Positions 12,701 through 24,700 of a DNA stretch of 64,000 nucleotides are shown piece after piece (within the stretch, counting starts at the first letter, position 1; every line of letters begins with the position of its first letter). Source of the stretch: Macrostomum hystrix (lineage: Eukaryota > Animalia > Platyhelminthes); contig CATNEN010000025.1 in the NCBI GenBank assembly GCA_950097015.1, forward strand, positions 3,162,001-3,226,000, given 5' to 3'. The position numbers were made by a program, and so were the translations under genes. The notes under the pieces were generated by a model. The model was not told where the DNA came from and did no database searches. It worked only from the letters and a program-made list of their open reading frames with translations.

Positions 12701-15700
12701 TTAGCCAGGGGATTATTAGCCAGAGGATTGTTAGCCAGGGGATTGTTAGCCAGGGGATTATTAGCCAGAGGATTATTAGCCAGAGGATTATTAGCCAGAG
12801 GATTATTAGTCAGGGGATTATTAGCCAGAGGATTGTTAGCCAGAGGATTGTTAGCCAGAGGATTATTGGCCAGAGGATTATTAGCCAGGGGATTATTAGC
12901 CAGATAATTATTAGCCAGAGGATTATTAGTCAGATGATTATTAGCCAGAGGATTGTTAGCCAGAGGATTATTAGTCAGATGATTATTAGCCAGGGGATTA
13001 TTAGCCAGGGGATTATTAGCCAGAGGATTGTTAGCCAGGGGATTATTAGCCAGAGGATTATTAGCCAGGGGATTATTAGCCAGAGGATTATTAGCCAGGG
13101 GATGTTTAGCCAGTGCAATTTCGTGGAGCGATCTCAATATATTGCCTTCAGTCTGATATGAGTTCTTTTTGAAGCCCTTGCGTTTAGTCGGCTTGCTTAG
13201 GTTACTCGTGTGTGTCGTATTCGATAACTTAAGGGAAGCCATTCAATTATAGTGCTCGTAAATAGCATGCTTATGTAAATAGCATGTTATCAATGCGGTC
13301 AGCAATAACAATTTCTTTATACTCGTACAATCGTCTGAAGCTATTAGCACAGAGATTTTATCAGTCCTTTGGCTGTTATCGTCAGTCGGACTCATGAAAT
13401 GTATCATTTGTTTATAAAAATGTTGGTGGTTTAAGAACATGTTGTTAGCTTTGAGAACATATTGTTAGCTTTGAGAACATGTTGGCAGCTTTGAGAACAT
13501 GTTGGCAGCTTTGAGAACATGTTGGCAGCTTTGAGAACATGTTGGCAGCTTTGAGAACATGTTGGCAGCTTTGAGAACATATTGTTAGCTTTGAGAACAT
13601 GTTGGCAGCTTTGAGAACATGCTAGCAGCTTTGAGAACATGTTAGCAGCTTTGAGAACATGTTGGCAGCTTTGAGAACATATTGTTAGCTTTGAGAACAT
13701 GTTGGCAGCTTTGAGAACATGCTAGCAGCTTTGAGAACATGTTAGCAGCTTTGAGAACATACTAGCAGCTTTGAGAACATACTAGCAGCTTTGAGAACAT
13801 GTTAGCAGCTTTGAGAACATGTAAGCAGCTTTGAGAACATGTTAGCAGCTTTGAGAACATGCTAGCAGCTTTGAGAACATGTTAGCAGCTTTGAGAACAT
13901 GCTAGCAGCTTTGAGAACATGCTAGCAGCTTTGAGAACATGTTAGCAGCTTTGAGAACATGCTAGCAGCTTTGAGAACATGTTAGCAGCTTTGAGAACAT
14001 GCTAGCAGCTTTGAGAACATGTTGGCAGCTTTGAGAACATATTGTTAGCTTTGAGAACATGTTGGCAGCTTTGAGAACATGCTAGCAGCTTTGAGAACAT
14101 GTTAGCAGCTTTGAGAACATGTAAGCAGCTTTGAGAACATGTTAGCAGCTTTGAGAACATACTAGCAGCTTTGAGAACATGTTAGCAGCTTTGAGAACAT
14201 GCTAGCAGCTTTGAGAACATGTTAGCAGCTTTGAGAACATACTAGCAGCTTTGAGAACATGTTAGCAGCTTTGAGAACATGTAAGCAGCTTTGAGAACAT
14301 GTTAGCAGCTTTGAGAACATGCTAGCAGCTTTGAGAACATGTTAGCAGCTTTGAGAACATGCTAGCAGCTTTGAGAACATGTAAGCAGCTTTGAGAACAT
14401 GTTAGCAGCTTTGAGAACATGTAAGCAGCTTTGAGAACATGTTGGCAGCTTTGAGAACATGCTAGCAGCTTTGAGAACATGTAAGCAGCTTTGAGAACAT
14501 GTAAGCAGCTTTGAGAACATGTAAGCAGCTTTGAGAGCCTGTTCGATCGTACTGATAGTACGGTTGTACCTAATTCAGAAAATTTCAAGAACAAGTTATT
14601 TAACTCTTAGGAGGGAATCGTTTTGAATACAATTTGCTAATAATGTCCTGAAGCACTTATTTTGATAACTAATTAACCATTTAGTGATGGTGTCCCATAT
14701 GCTATGTGGATGAATAGACATGAATTAAGTGATCTGTTCAATAAATATCAGGGTCTGCTTCCTCTGTTTGGGATCAGCGGAACACTTTGGCTAACCTTCG
14801 CCCACCTCCTCAGCAAATCTAGCAGTGTTTCTGTGGTTGTTGCTGGTGGCCAGTGTTTGCGCATAAGGCACCGCAGAGTACACTGGCAGTGGTGCCATTG
14901 CTATCATCTGCAGCGCTTCTGTTATCGGCTCTTTCTCAGCTTCACTCCGCGACTCCTGAGAGGGAGAGGAAGGGAGTAACATTGAGCATTTTTGCTATCG
15001 GCTATGCTCCATTTTAGACTTAATCTATTCCTCCGGCCTCGCCTGTCTGACCTCATTCTCGTGGCGCCTCTCTCGAAAACTAGCAGAAAAATATTATTTA
15101 CAAGCGCATTTATTTTCATTGCTCAGAATGAAACGAATAGTAATAGTGCTTTGGACTTCTGACTCAGAGGTCAGGGGTTCGAATTTGAGACCGTAGGACT
15201 CACCATAGACAACGATGTCTGTTTCATGCCATAGACAAAGTATCTGTTTCACACCATAGACAACAATGTCTGTTTCACACCATAGACAACAATGTCTGTT
15301 TCACACCATAGACAACAATGTCTGTTTCCCACCATAGACAACAATGTCTGTTTCACACCATAGACAACAATGTCTGTTTCACACCATAGACAACAATGTC
15401 TGTTTCACACCATAGACAACAATGTCAGTTATACACCATAGACAATAATGTCAGTTTCACACCATAGACAACAATGTCTGTTTCACACCATAGACAACAA
15501 TGTCAGTTTCACACCATAGACAACAATGTCTGTTTCCCACCATAGACAACAATGTCTGTTTCCCACCATAGACAACAATGTCAGTTTCCCACCATAGACA
15601 ACAATGTCTGTTTCACACCATAGACAACAATGTCTGTTTCACACCATAGACAACAATGTCTGTTTCACACCATAGACAACAATGTCTGTTTCCCACCATA

Positions 15701-18700
15701 GACAACAATGTCTGTTTCACACCATAGACAACAATGTCTGTTTCACACCATAGACAATGTTCATCGAATCCTGTTACCAAAGTATTTACTAAAGCTTGAG
15801 AAATCAAATGAAGAAGCATCTAGACCTAGTGACTGTGGATTGGTTGGCTTACTCAGTGGATGAATATTTTCTGAGGCAAGCATTGGCCGTTTCCCAGTTC
15901 CCCAGCTATAAGATCTAAATTTAAGCTGAGAAAAGCGGAACCCACTGAGAGCTGTGACCAGTTGATAGCATCATTTTCAGCCCAGATTATAAAGAAAAGA
16001 ATTTCAACATGACTATTTCAAAACTACAGAAGGCAGTAAGTTTTGCTGAGCTATTCAGCTTGGTTCAATATGTTTCGTAATATAAGCAAGGATAAACTAA
16101 TTATCCCAGAGAGAATATTAAATATCACGATTTCTAAGCATTCAGTCTTGTTAAGCCACAGAGTTATTAAAAGTTCTCTCGTCATAGAAGAATCAGATGC
16201 CCGCTGAAAAAAATGCCGAGAAAGTTCATCTCATCTCCCAGACAGCTCTGCCAGTGATTCCACCAGAGCACAGACTCAACGCAGAGTAGATTTTTCCCCG
16301 TTTTTTGTTGCCTTAAAAAGAGGATGAACAGCACAGGCTAGCTTCCAGAATCCAGGCCCAACGAATGCCCATCGATCACTCGGAGCCGCTGGGAGATTCT
16401 ACTCAAATCATTCCAACATCTCGGATGTGTCGCTGTTCTCTCTCGCAGATAAAAGTGCAAATAGGCGCTCGCCTCACTAGCTGCATTATTAGTTCCGCCT
16501 GTCATATTTCTGTTCACAAATTAACATTCTGTGAGCTGATTTGACAAAAATTCAAATTATACTTCGCAAAATTCAATGTGCAAAGGCAGGCTTTTTCGCC
16601 GCTTTTATAAAAGCAATCAGGAAATTAAGTCTCCCACCTTCCCAAAAAGTACATAATATATTTATTTGATTGCATTCGAGAACGCTACTCATGAGTAGCA
16701 TCAATCAACTGAGATCGCTATTTTGTAAATACAGCTCTGCGAGGAAACTATACTGAGAAATAACACTGCCTCCCCTTGCACGCTCTTCACTGACACCCAC
16801 TGCACTGACTTCCTGACACCCAGTGCACTGACTTCCTGACACCCAGTGCACTGACTTCCTGACACCCACTGCACTGACTTACTGACACCCAGTGCACTGT
16901 CTTGCTGACTACCACTGCACTGACTTACTGACACCCACTGCACTGACTTACTGACACACAGTGCACTGACTTACTGACACCCAGTGCACTGTCTTCCTGA
17001 CACCCACTGCACTGACTTACTGACACCCAGTGCACTGTCTTGCTGACTACCACTGCACTGACTTACTGACACCCAGTCCTGACACCCGATTCTATCTACA
17101 ACTCTTGCTGCGATTCTATCTACAACTCTTGCTGCGATTCTATCTACAACTCTTGCTGCGATTCTATCTATAACTTTTGCTACGATTCTATCTACAACTC
17201 TTGCTGCGATTCTATCTACAACTCTTGCTGCGATTCTATCTACAACTCTTGCTGCGATTCTACCTACAACTCTTGCTGCGATTCTACCTACAACTCTTGC
17301 TGCGATTCTACCTACAACTCTTGCTGCGATTCTATCTACAACTCTTGCTGCGATTCTATCTTGGATTTCTGCTGCGATTCAAAATATGTTTCCTGCTGTG
17401 ATTCTATTTACAACTCTTTCTGTGATTATATCTACAACTCTTGCTGCGATTCCATCTACAACTCTTGCTACGATTCTGTCTACGGTTTCTGTTGTGATTA
17501 TTTTAAACATCTTTAGTTAGTGATTTATACAATCTATAGTAATGGGTGCAGTCTTTATTTTAATGCGTGAAATCCAAAGCTTTGTAACAGCAAATATTTA
17601 AGAGAATGACTAACAAATATATATTTTTCGCCAGGGGTCATCGCGATCTATGGTTCAGCAACAGCAGCAGCAGCAGCACCAGCTTTATGTTGGCAACGCT
17701 GAGCACGACCCTCTAGTACATGCTGAGTCGCCACACAGTAAGTAATCCTGTGTACTTCACTGTATTCACTTACACAGCTCAGTGTATTCACTCACTGACA
17801 CAGCTCACTGTATTCACTCACTGACACAGCTCAGTGTATTCACTCACTGACACAGCTCACTGTATTCACTCACTGACACAGCTCACTGTATTCACTCACT
17901 GACACAGCTCAGTGTATTCACTCACTGACACAGCTCACTGTATTCACTCACTGACACAGCTCAGTGTATTCACTCACTGACACAGCTCACTGTATTCACT
18001 CACTGACACAGCTCACTGTATTCACTCACTGACACAGCTCAGTGTATTCACTCACTGACACAGCTCACTGTATTCACTCACTGACACAGCTCACTGTATT
18101 CACTCACTGACACAGCTCAGTGTATTCACTTACTGACACAGCTCACTGTATTCACTTACTGACACAGCTCACTGTATTCACTCACTGACACAGCTCAGTG
18201 TATTCACTCACTGACACAGCTCACTGTATTCACTCACTGACACAGCTCACTGTATTCACTCACTGACACAGCTCAGTGTATTCACTTACTGACACAGCTC
18301 ACTGTATTCACTTACTGACACAGCTCACTGTATTCACTCACTGACACAGCTCACTGTATTCACTCACTGACACAGCTCAGTGTATTCACTCACTGACACA
18401 GCTCACTGTATTCACTCACTGACACAGCTCACTGTATTCACTCACTGACACAGCTCAGTGTATTCACTTACTGACACAGCTCACTGTATTCACTTACTGA
18501 CACAGCTCACTGTATTCACTCACTGACACAGCTCACTGTATTCACTCACTGACACAGCTCACTGTATTCACTCACTGACACAGCTCAGTGTATTCACTTA
18601 CTGACACAGCTCACTGTATTCACTTACTGACACAGCTCACTGTATTCACTCACTGACACAGCTCACTGTATTCACTCACTGACACAGCTCACTGTATTCA

Positions 18701-21700
18701 CTCACTGACACAGCTCAGTGTATTCACTCACTGACACAGCTCACTGTATTCACTCACTGACACAGCTCACTGTATTCACTCACTGACACAGCTCACTGTA
18801 TTCACTCACTGACACAGCTCACTGTATTCACTCACTGACACAGCTCACTGTATTCACTCACTGACACAGCTCACTGTATTCACTTACTGACACAGCTCAG
18901 TGTATTCACTCACTGACACAGCCCTATCTATCCATTACGGCCCACACCCATGACAGCAGTTGAGCAGCCCCTCAGAGCAACTCGTTGAGATCAGTGCCGG
19001 TTTCCTATCGCCCACTCGGCTCTGACTTTGCCTACGCGAAGCTCTAGGCTTTGCCAGGGTGACATTCTGAATTCGCGAATTAGATTTCCCTGCCGTCCCG
19101 ACCCTGTGCGGCCGAGTGGACTCGACTGAGCCGGAAAGAAAGACAAGGACCACGCCCAGGAATCGAGAACCACAGAAACTGCCAGCCTACAGACTTCCTT
19201 TCAGCGACGAGTGAATGAGTCGGGCTTTCTTGAGCACTATAGTCAAGTGATGGAGACTGCGCGCGATGAGTGGCTTGCCAGAGAAATGCGCAGAAATAGA
19301 CAACAAATTTTAGCTCTCATAAGTTCTAAATTCTTTCCCGAGCTGAGGGGATCAAAGTGTTTAGAGATACAGAGCTCTGACCGAGTGGTCGGGAGTTCGA
19401 ATCTGAGCCCAATGCTAACAATTTGTGTCCTTGAGCAGAGGACCTAATTCCGTACAGCTTCACTTCATCCAGCTGTTAAATGGGTGTGATCTGCAGTGTG
19501 ATTTACCAGATTGTCTACTCATCTGCAAAGTGATCTACCAGATTATCTACTTATTTTCAGTGTATCTACTCATCTGCAGTGTGATCTTCCAGATTATCTA
19601 CTAATCTGCAGTGTGATCTTCCAGATTATCTACTAATCTGCAGTGTGATCTTCCAGATTATCTACTAATCTGCAGTGTGATCTTCCAGATTATCTACTAA
19701 TCTGCAGTGTGATCTTCCAGATTATCTACTCATCTGCAGTGTGATCTACCAGATTATCTACTCATCTGCAGTGTGATCTTCCAGATTATCTACTCATCTG
19801 CAGTGTGATCTACCAGATTATCTACTCATCTGCAGTGTGATCTTCCAGATTATCTACTCATCTGCAGTGTGATCTACCAGATTATCTACTCATCTGCAGT
19901 GTGATCTACCAGATTATCTACTCATCTGCAGTGTGATCTACCAGATTATCTACTCATCTGCAGAGTGATCTACCAGATTATCTACTAATCTGCAGTGTGA
20001 TCTACCAGATTATCTACTAATCTGCAGTGTGATCTACCAGATTATCTACTAATCTGCAGTGTGATCTACCAGATTATCTACTAATCTGCAGTGTGATCTA
20101 CCAGATTATCTACTAATCTGCAGTGTGATCTACCTGATTGTCTACTCATCTGCAGTGTGATCTTCCAGATTGTCTACTAATCTGCAGTGTGATCTACCTG
20201 ATTGTCTACTAATCTGCAGTGTGATCTACCAGATTATCTACTAATCTGCAGTGTGATCTACCTGATTGTCTACTCATCTGCAGTGTGATCTACCTGATTG
20301 TCTACTCATCTGCAGTGTGTATGCCTTTCTGAATGTTCCGCAGCTCCCCTTGTGTTGTGAGTGTTTGCTGTGCAATTGAAGAAATCAATTTGAAATGGCA
20401 AGTTAATGACGCTGTCTAGTCTCTGGGCAGGGAGGGGTGTGCGTCGCGTGTCGACACGCATAGGACAATCCAGACCTTCGCTGGGAAGGGAGGGGACGGA
20501 CTGAAATTAGAAATCCTTTTTTAAACTGAGGAAAATCCTTTTTTTTCTCTTTCTCTCTTATTCTCTCTCTTCCTTTCTGTCCCCTCCAGACACACACTAA
20601 AGCGCCCCCCGTGCTGTGCAGCTCGTCGACCAATGGAAAAAGTTGCATTGGGCTTATTGGTAACATGAGAGAGAGAGAGAGACAGAGAGAGACGGTGGGT
20701 GAGCGGCAATGCTCTATTAGTTAAGCAAGTGAGCAGGACACGGAGGTGGGAAAAGTAGACAAGAGCAAAGAGATTGAGCAGCAGGCCGACGACTGTCTGA
20801 GTCAGTTTGAACTAAAAAAATAACAAGGACTTCTTAATCGTGGTAAACTTGAAAAAGACGGACCTACGCATATTGCGTCGCCACAGCCGACGAAGCCACC
20901 GAAGCCACCGAAGCCGCCGCCGCAGCCGCTGCTGCTGCTGCTGTTGTCACAGCATGGAGGACAGACAGCAACAGGATCTGAGTATCACCGGCCAACTGCG
21001 TAAGAATTGTAGGCATTTTAGAGACTGGTTACTGGAAGGTAGATAGATTGGATACAGGAGGGTAGATAGATTGGATACAGGAAGGTAGATAGATTGGATA
21101 CAGGAAGGTAGATAGATTGGATACAGGAGGGTAGATAGATTGGATACAGGAAGGTAGATAGATTGGATACAGGAGGGTAGATAGATTGGATACAGGAGGG
21201 TAGATAGATTGGATACAGGAAGATAGATAGATTGGATACAGGAGGGTAGATAGATTGGATACAGGAAGGTAGATAGATTGGATACAGGAAGGTAGATAGA
21301 TTGGATACAGAAAGGTAGATAGATTGGATACAGGAGGGTAAATAGATTGGATAAAGGAAGGTAGATAGGTTGGATACAGAAAGGTAGATAGATTGGATAC
21401 AGGAGGGTAGATAGATTGGATACAGGAAGGTAGATAGATTGGATACAGAAAGGTAGATAGATTGGATGCTGGCAAGGTAGATAGATTGGATGCAGGAAGG
21501 TAGATAGATTGGATACAGGAAGGTAGATAGATTGCATACAGGCAAGGTAGATAGATTGGATTCAGGAAGGTAGATAGATTGGATACAGGAGGGTAGATAG
21601 ATTGGATACAGGAAGGTAGATAGATTGGATACAGGAAGGTAGATAGATTGGATACAGAAAGGTAGATAGATTGGATACAGGAGGGTAAATAGATTGGATA

Positions 21701-24700
21701 CAGGAAGGTAGATAGATTGGATACAGAAAGGTAGATAGATTGGATACAGGAGGGTAGATAGATTGGATACAGGAAGGTAGATAGATTGGATACAGAAAGG
21801 TAGATAGATTGGATGCTGGCAAGGTAGATAGATTGGATGCAGGAAGGTAGATAGATTGGATACAGGAAGGTAGATAGATTGCATACAGGCAAGGTAGATA
21901 GATTGGATTCAGGAAGGTAGATAGATTGGATACTGGAAGGTAGATAGATTGGATACAGGCAAGGTATAGATTGGATACAGGCAAGGTATAGATTGGATAC
22001 AGGCAAGGTAGATAGATTGGATACAGGAAGGTAGATAGATTGGATACAGGAGGGTAGATAGATTGGATACAGGAAGGTAGATAGATTGGATACAGGAAGG
22101 TAGATAGATTGGATACAGGAAGGTAGATAGATTGGATACAGGAAGGTAGATAGATTGGATACTGGAAGGTAGATAGATTGGATACAGGAAGGTAGATAGA
22201 TTGGATACTGGAAGGTAGATAGATTGGATACAGGAAGGTAGATAGATTGGATACAGGAAGGTAGATAGATTGGATACAGGAAGGTAGATAGATTGGATAC
22301 AGTTAATATCAATGCAGTTTAATCCACTGAGATTAATGGTGGAACAATTATGACTACAAATGTCACGAAAGAACGGTTAGTTTCACTAATTTCAATCGTC
22401 ACTATTCGATCTGCTTCGGCAAGTAGCGTTCCGCATTGATTGAGTTACGCCCAGCTGAACTCAGTGCAAGAATAAATTATTATAAAAATATGAAAGGCTA
22501 TAGCTACAGTAGATCAGAGCAGAATCTATTCGGATGGTGGGAAAAAGAAGATAAAAGGATGAGAAAGATGTGAGCCGAGCTGTGTGCCCTCGGGGAGGGA
22601 GCAGTTGCTCAGTCACACACAACAGAATAGAGCATATCGGTATAAAGACGGAAAATGAACTGCGGAACGCTGCAGAATCATTGCAGTTAGAGGTCCGGCG
22701 AAGACCCGCCAGTACAATGCTGCTCAGGGCTTCCGTGAAGCTGTTCAAAATGTTTAGCGACTGCAGAGGCGTTTAAGCTGGATTGAAGCCCTGTGCCTAA
22801 GCGAGTGAGGGGATGAAATAACTCGAATTACGAGTTACAATCCCTCTCTGGCTCGGTCAGGTTAAAGATGAACGCTTTCGTCTTGTTCTATTTACCACAG
22901 GGATGTTTCAAATACCCACAGCTTTCTGTATCTCCCAAAATAAATCTTCTTTTAAAATATAAAACGATGCTCGTAAATAACGAACGCAGAGATCGAACCG
23001 GCAATTAGGCTGCTCACCCTCAGGCTCTCCCCTGGGCCTGTTGCTCTCTGCAAATCCCATAGGACTAGAGTGGGGTCACGCTAATCCCGTCCCTAATCTC
23101 GCATGCCGAGTTTAGCCCCACAGGTGCATAGTCAGCTAGCAGCTATCTGTATCTGGCTTAGAAAAAACTATTATCATCAAATTATTAGTTTCTAAAAGCT
23201 GTCCTTTGCATTATCGATTAAAGCAGACATTAATTTTAGGAATCTAACTAATCCTTTCCTAGGCCGGTAAATAGTGCTCTTCATTTCCACTGATTTGTAT
23301 TTTGCCCAGCTGTGAATGAGTATGCATGGCCAATAAGTTGGTATTTCTAATGCATGGAAACTAAATATATGTCATATTCAGAACGACTCGCCAAGCAGTA
23401 CGTCGACATTAACGGCGATGTTCTGGTGCTCAGCATCGACAAGACCGGCCACTCGACCCTGGGCTTGTCCCTGGCTGGCAACAGAGACGCATCAATCATG
23501 TCCGTCTTTGTCTGCGGAATCCGGCCTGAGAGTGCGGCTGCTACCGATGGCAGACTGCGAATTGGTGATGAACTGCTCGAGGTCAGTACTCTGGGTGTGC
23601 AGGTGTGATTTGGTGATGAAGCTCTGCTGTGCAGGTGTGATTTGGTGATGAAGCTCTGCTGTGCAGGTGTGATTTGGTGATGAAGCTCTGCTGTGCAGGT
23701 GTGATTTGGTGATGAAGCTCTGCTGTGCAGGTGTGATTTGGTTATAAAGCTCTGCTGTGCAGGTGTGATTTGGTGATGAAGCTCTGCTGTGCAGGTGTGA
23801 TTTGGTTATAAAGCTCTGCTGTGCAGGTGTGTTTCGGTGATAAAGCTCTGCTGTGCAGGTGTGATTTGGTGATGAAGCTCTGCTGTGCAGGTGTGATTTG
23901 GTGATGAAGCTCTGCTGTGCAGGTGTGATTTGGTTATAAAGCTCTGCTGTGCAGGTGTGATTTGGTGATAAAGCTTTGTTGTGCAGGTGTGACTAAGCGA
24001 ACATTTCAAATAGATCTAAACATTTTCGGACTTCATTCAGTGACCCAAGCAAGGCCTCAAACGAGTAATCATCAACTGAGAGCAGGTGTTGTCCATCTTC
24101 ACAGGTGGACTGCCACGTCCTGTTGGGCAAGTCCCACCTGAACGCTGTGCCGATTATCAACGACGCCTGCAGCGCAGCCGGAGGCAGCGTTCGCCTTGTG
24201 GTCGTCCGCCGGCCGACCAATCTCTCAGCAATGGCCGTGAAGCCGATTCCGCCGCCGCGAAGTGTGCCACTGGATGTGAGTGAGAAACTAATTGACGAAT
24301 TCACTTAGTGAAACTGCAAATATTTTGGTTTCGCTTCACTGTCATATGCTTGCTCAGACTAGGCAAGGCGAAGATCGATTTAAACCACTCGCTGTGTCTA
24401 CAGTGCCAGCCATTGTCTGTATGATTAAGCTGCCCATCTAGCAAATTTTTTTTATATATACTGTCTATAAGTTCAACTACAATCATTTGTTGCTACTGAA
24501 AGTAGTTCGTTAAGATTCTGTGCTACTGATTGAATTGCATAATTTGTATTTGTTTGTGCCTGCGACTATCAACAGGGAGTTATGAAGCTATATTTCTAAG
24601 AAAACTGGCTAGTGTTCGAATAGCAAGCCTTTGAACAGCTGCGACTGTGCCAGTGGCTGCACATCTCGCCCCACCCCGCATTGTAGTACTCCACAGCCAA

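Noticed and set aside
11868-13242. LANNP, LLARG and IISQR repeat ORFs resembling LRR or pentapeptide proteins
   Set aside because: The 15-mer array is open on both strands and broken by 14-nt units; no splice context.
18989-19447. Possible stop-codon read-through or selenocysteine at TGA 19127-19129
   Set aside because: Another in-frame TGA lies at 18986-18988, no SECIS was seen, and the peptide has no recognisable homology.
20947-22312. Minus-strand YPIYLP repeat ORFs
   Set aside because: The 23-mer unit cycles through all frames; a satellite artefact.
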